Both the position numbers and the translations under genes were made by a program. A DNA stretch of 64,000 bases from the NCBI GenBank assembly GCA_963726455.1, contig CAVSCK010000004.1, forward strand, positions 1,472,001-1,536,000, written 5' to 3'. Shown here in pieces: positions 60,608-64,000 of the stretch. Each line of letters starts with the position of its first letter. Position 1 is the first letter of the stretch. This DNA is from an uncultured bacterium. GTDB taxonomy: Bacteria; Zixibacteria; MSB-5A5; CAIYYT01. Below the pieces are notes generated by a model. The model saw only the letters and a list, made by a program, of their open reading frames with translations. It did no database searches and was not told where the DNA came from.

Positions 60608-61522
60608 TTAATGGTCTGTTGTCGATGTGCGTGTACCAGATTTCCAGCGACGGTGAGTCCAGAGCCATTGCTCCGGGTGAGCTTTAATGGCAGCGGCAAG
60701 TCGATCGGAAAAGAGTGTCAGCAAACGTTTGATCTCGGCATCTTTGTCAGCTGCAGGATTCGGTTCGATTATCTCTGAAGTCAGGAGAGTGAATCCATTC
60801 TCTTCACGCTTGGGCAGAATGACCATGACGGGAGCATTGTAATGATAACTGAACAGCGCCCAGCCGCGGAAATGCGACGCCGGCCTGCCCAGAAAGTCGA
60901 GCATCACGCCGTCACTGCCGGCATCCTGATCGACGACCATTGCCAGAGTGCCTCCCGACTTGAGAATTTTCGGAGCCACACGCGGCGCTTCATGGCTGAG
61001 TATAACATGGGCTCCGAAGATCTGCCGACGCTTGTTGACCAGCCGGTCGACGAAAGGATTTGACTGTTCCTTGGCGAGGAAATTTACGTTCGCGAATCTG
61101 GTCGCGACAAATTGTCCCATGACTTCCCAGCTTCCGTAATGCCCGCTAATAAATATCAGCGGCCTTCCCTGCCGGGATAGCTGCTGCATTTGATTGAGCC
61201 GGGCGGATGCCTCGTCGCTGACCACGACACTGTTTACGACGCGATCAAGCTGACTTTCGTCAATGGCAACGGCGGCCAGATTGCGATAGACTTGTTTGAT
61301 GATATGTGTGATTTCCGGCTCGGCGAGTTGTGGCAATGCAGCCCTGATGTTGTCGTGTGCAATCCTGACGCGGCGCGGTGTGGCCAGATAAGCGATTCTA
61401 CCGGCGACTCCAGCCAGCTTCAACCGCCAGCTTCCCGGTATCAGGCGCAGGAACACGTAAAAGACGAGTACGAAGAGGTACTCAACGAGGTGACGAAAAG
61501 TTTTCAGAGTCGTCGGAGTCAT
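60608..61522 (-). CDS. Lipid A late acyltransferase family protein (LpxL/HtrB-like)
   Basis: SGHYGSWE, VVDQD, HPEQWLWTHRRWK. Confidence 0.9.
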   Translation of the reverse strand: MTPTTLKTFRHLVEYLFVLVFYVFLRLIPGSWRLKLAGVAGRIAYLATPRRVRIAHDNIRAALPQLAEPEITHIIKQVYRNLAAVAIDESQLDRVVNSVVVSDEASARLNQMQQLSRQGRPLIFISGHYGSWEVMGQFVATRFANVNFLAKEQSNPFVDRLVNKRRQIFGAHVILSHEAPRVAPKILKSGGTLAMVVDQDAGSDGVMLDFLGRPASHFRGWALFSYHYNAPVMVILPKREENGFTLLTSEIIEPNPAADKDAEIKRLLTLFSDRLAAAIKAHPEQWLWTHRRWKSGTRTSTTDH

Positions 61523-62471
61523 CCGGATCTTTCCATGGCTCATCGTTGGATCCGGTATAGTCGAAGTCGCGGCTTTCGTACTTCTCCTCCTCTTTCCAAC
61601 GGTCGAGCGCATCCTTCTTGCGTTTCCGCAGCAGAATATATCCGAGAATCACGACGACGGCAAGGATGATCCAGAGTCCCATACTCTCCGACAATATACT
61701 GAAGATCGTGTATTTGTCCGCAAGGAATTGGCGATAGTCGGCTTCGAAAGCCGCAAAGGAGATTCCCAAGCCGGTACGGAAGGCATCGCTGGTTTCCCTG
61801 CCGGCGGCAAAAGCATCGAGCAGGTCGAGAAAGGCAAGCTCGCCGAAACGTTGATAGATGTAGAACACGACAAGATAGCTTTGAGAGTACGCCAGATTCG
61901 CCTGCGCTTCACGGAAACTGTTAACGTCGTCGATCTTGCTAAGAGGCAATATCGATTTCGTGAGTTGCGCCGACGCCACGGTAGTTACATTCGAGAAGGT
62001 CCACTCACCGGCAAACCAGGAGGCGAATCCCTCATCGATGAAACGCGGAATGTGGGCTCCGTGCACGCGCAAGTGCAGAGCGATATGAGCCAATTCGTGT
62101 TCCAGCAGGTCGGCCATCGAACCGGGATAGCGGTTCATCATTGGCCGACGCAGGAGGATAAGATCGCGCCCCGGCACAGCGGCTCCGGCACCCCAATCGG
62201 GCATCCGTCCGCCGGCCAGCGAATCAAACTGCTGCTGGGTTTCGACGACGGCCACGGTGAGCGTGTCGGGAAGCTGGACGTCGAGCAGCTTGACCAGTCG
62301 CACCGATGCTACGTTGAGAATCAGGCGCATCTGTTCCGATTGGCGCTGATCGCTGTTTACGACATCGAAGTATGTCGCCCGGGCAGAACTGCTGAGCAAC
62401 ACGAGAGCCAGAATGGCTAGAGCAATTCGCTTCACGTGATCAATATACGCCAAAGAGCGTTGTATCATCAA
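61482..62471 (-). CDS. Peptidase MA-family zinc metalloprotease with C-terminal TM anchor
   Basis: Signal peptide, PDWGAG, HELAH, PRFIDEGFA, AYSQS. Confidence 0.85.
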   Translation of the reverse strand: MMIQRSLAYIDHVKRIALAILALVLLSSSARATYFDVVNSDQRQSEQMRLILNVASVRLVKLLDVQLPDTLTVAVVETQQQFDSLAGGRMPDWGAGAAVPGRDLILLRRPMMNRYPGSMADLLEHELAHIALHLRVHGAHIPRFIDEGFASWFAGEWTFSNVTTVASAQLTKSILPLSKIDDVNSFREAQANLAYSQSYLVVFYIYQRFGELAFLDLLDAFAAGRETSDAFRTGLGISFAAFEADYRQFLADKYTIFSILSESMGLWIILAVVVILGYILLRKRKKDALDRWKEEEKYESRDFDYTGSNDEPWKDPDDSDDSENFSSPR

Positions 62472-63023
62472 TCAGTCAGTGGGATGGATTGTGCGCGGAA
62501 GTGGCAAGTCGACGTTCTCGCCGTTGAGGCGAACTATTCGGCCGGGCGTTCCGACTACGGTGGCGTTATCAGGCACGTCGCACATATAGATGAAGGTGTT
62601 GGCGCCGATGGAGACGTTGTTGCCGATGCTGACCGGGCCGAGAATAATCGCGCCCGTGCCGACGAGGACATTGTTTCCCAAGGTCGGGTGGCGTTTGCCG
62701 GCGTGCTTGCCGGTTCCGCCCAGAGTCACGTTATGGAACAACACACAGTTTTCACCGATTTGAGTGGTTTCGCCGACGACCAGTCCCATGCCGTGATCGA
62801 TGAACAGCCCCTTGCCAAGCGTGGCGCCGGGATGAATTTCGATACCGGTGAAGAATCGTGTGATTTGAGAGATCACACGGGCGAAAAATCTGAGCTTCCA
62901 CTTGTACAGACGGTGCGCCAGACGCTGCCAGATAATGGCGTGCAAGCCCGCGTAAAGTATCGGTTCCAGACCACGCGCGGCGGGGTCATTGCGGTAGATG
63001 GCTTTGAAGTCGTCCCAGATCAT
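62472..63023 (-). CDS. cysE: Serine O-acetyltransferase
   Basis: [35 protein letters not shown]. Confidence 0.93.
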   Translation of the reverse strand: MIWDDFKAIYRNDPAARGLEPILYAGLHAIIWQRLAHRLYKWKLRFFARVISQITRFFTGIEIHPGATLGKGLFIDHGMGLVVGETTQIGENCVLFHNVTLGGTGKHAGKRHPTLGNNVLVGTGAIILGPVSIGNNVSIGANTFIYMCDVPDNATVVGTPGRIVRLNGENVDLPLPRTIHPTD

Positions 63024-63058
63024 GTATTATTTATCATCGGCAATAGTTGCCTCACCTT

Positions 63059-64000
63059 TCAATCTTTCGGCAACAGCGCGTCGAGCTTAATATATGCCGT
63101 GTCGGCCCCACCGGTGACGTGGAATACTGCTTTGCCAACCGACCGATTGCCGGCCAGACCGGCCGCCTCAGGAGATTCAACCAGCGTTTTCGCGTCATCC
63201 TTGGAAAGCGTACGTGTAACCCGGCAGTCAAATTCACCGTTCAGGTCGACCGCACCTTCGACTTGATATACGAGCTTGCCCGACTTGATATTGAGTGGCG
63301 CCAGACGCAGAGACCGATTCTCCAACTGAAATGAGGCCTGTAATTCGTCGAATTCATCATGCTTGAGAGACTCGATTCCATACTGATTGGCTAGAACGTT
63401 GAGAGCCGAGATTCCCACTATTTTGCCGTCCTCGAGCTTCGCCTTGCCCGCCGCCCACAGCGTCGGAAGGACTTCCGAGGATGTCAATCCCCTGCCCTTC
63501 AACGCAAACTCCAGATCGGCGCGTCCATACAAATGGTTCTGAAAGTGCGTAAGTCCGGAGAGGAAATCGTTGATCTCTAGGTCGGTTTCCGCGTATTCGA
63601 CCTCGAATTCTGGAGTCGATAGGTCGTTCATGTCTATTACGACGTCGAACATGCCCGGCTTGTCGAATACGACACAGGCCACGGAATCGGAATACATGAT
63701 CCGGTTGACGACGGTAACATTCGATCGCAGATTCATGAGCGACACTCCCCCGGCGGATAAGCTGTCGATCTGCAGAGTTCCACGAGAGTCAAAATCAAAG
63801 AAGTAATCAAGCAAATGCAGAAGTGATGTCGTATCGCCCGCACCGCCGTATCCGCCACTGAGGATGGCAAGGTCAAGCGTGTCAGCACCGGCAGTGAAAT
63901 CAAAACGGGGTCGCTTATGTGGCTGTCCTTTTGTTGCCAGGTACTGGGCAAAATCCGTGATCTTACCCGTTAGTTGCAGTGCATTGCCGCCGACGGAGAC
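63059..64000 (-). CDS. AsmA-like protein, C-terminal part (5' end lies outside the window)
   Basis: Frame is open to base 64000; beta-rich AsmA-like tail (GKAKLEDGKI, FDELQASF, GAVDLNG). Confidence 0.7.
   Translation of the reverse strand, partial: VSVGGNALQLTGKITDFAQYLATKGQPHKRPRFDFTAGADTLDLAILSGGYGGAGDTTSLLHLLDYFFDFDSRGTLQIDSLSAGGVSLMNLRSNVTVVNRIMYSDSVACVVFDKPGMFDVVIDMNDLSTPEFEVEYAETDLEINDFLSGLTHFQNHLYGRADLEFALKGRGLTSSEVLPTLWAAGKAKLEDGKIVGISALNVLANQYGIESLKHDEFDELQASFQLENRSLRLAPLNIKSGKLVYQVEGAVDLNGEFDCRVTRTLSKDDAKTLVESPEAAGLAGNRSVGKAVFHVTGGADTAYIKLDALLPKD

Overview
A GC-rich bacterial (diderm) chromosomal segment. The left ~38 kb is a respiratory, extracellular-electron-transfer super-locus. 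It has a HybA/HybB(NrfD)-type quinol module with a 13-heme cytochrome, a complete Leptospira-like heme biosynthesis operon with an embedded two-component system and a TGACA-N6-TGACA box, and an OmcS-type hexaheme nanowire cytochrome gene. The omcS-like gene sits in an Osc-like cluster (beta-propeller, beta-barrel, two CsgG-like proteins, PPIase, 26-heme and 16-heme cytochromes). The window holds 68 CxxCH motifs in total, and all three modules share a palindromic WTGTGAA-N4-WTCACAW operator. Next come a Hachiman defence island in a REP-rich zone where GC skew appears to flip, housekeeping genes, and a probable ceramide biosynthesis trio (cerR, spt, bcerS). The best candidate for an undescribed system is a three-gene module: divergent sigma-like protein, soluble zinc anti-sigma with an internal YLAA motif, and a membrane-anchored Lon-type protease with an extracytoplasmic FG-GAP sensor. 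Eight single-base insertions in four genes look like sequencing errors. Family assignments come from motif recognition and recall, not database searches.
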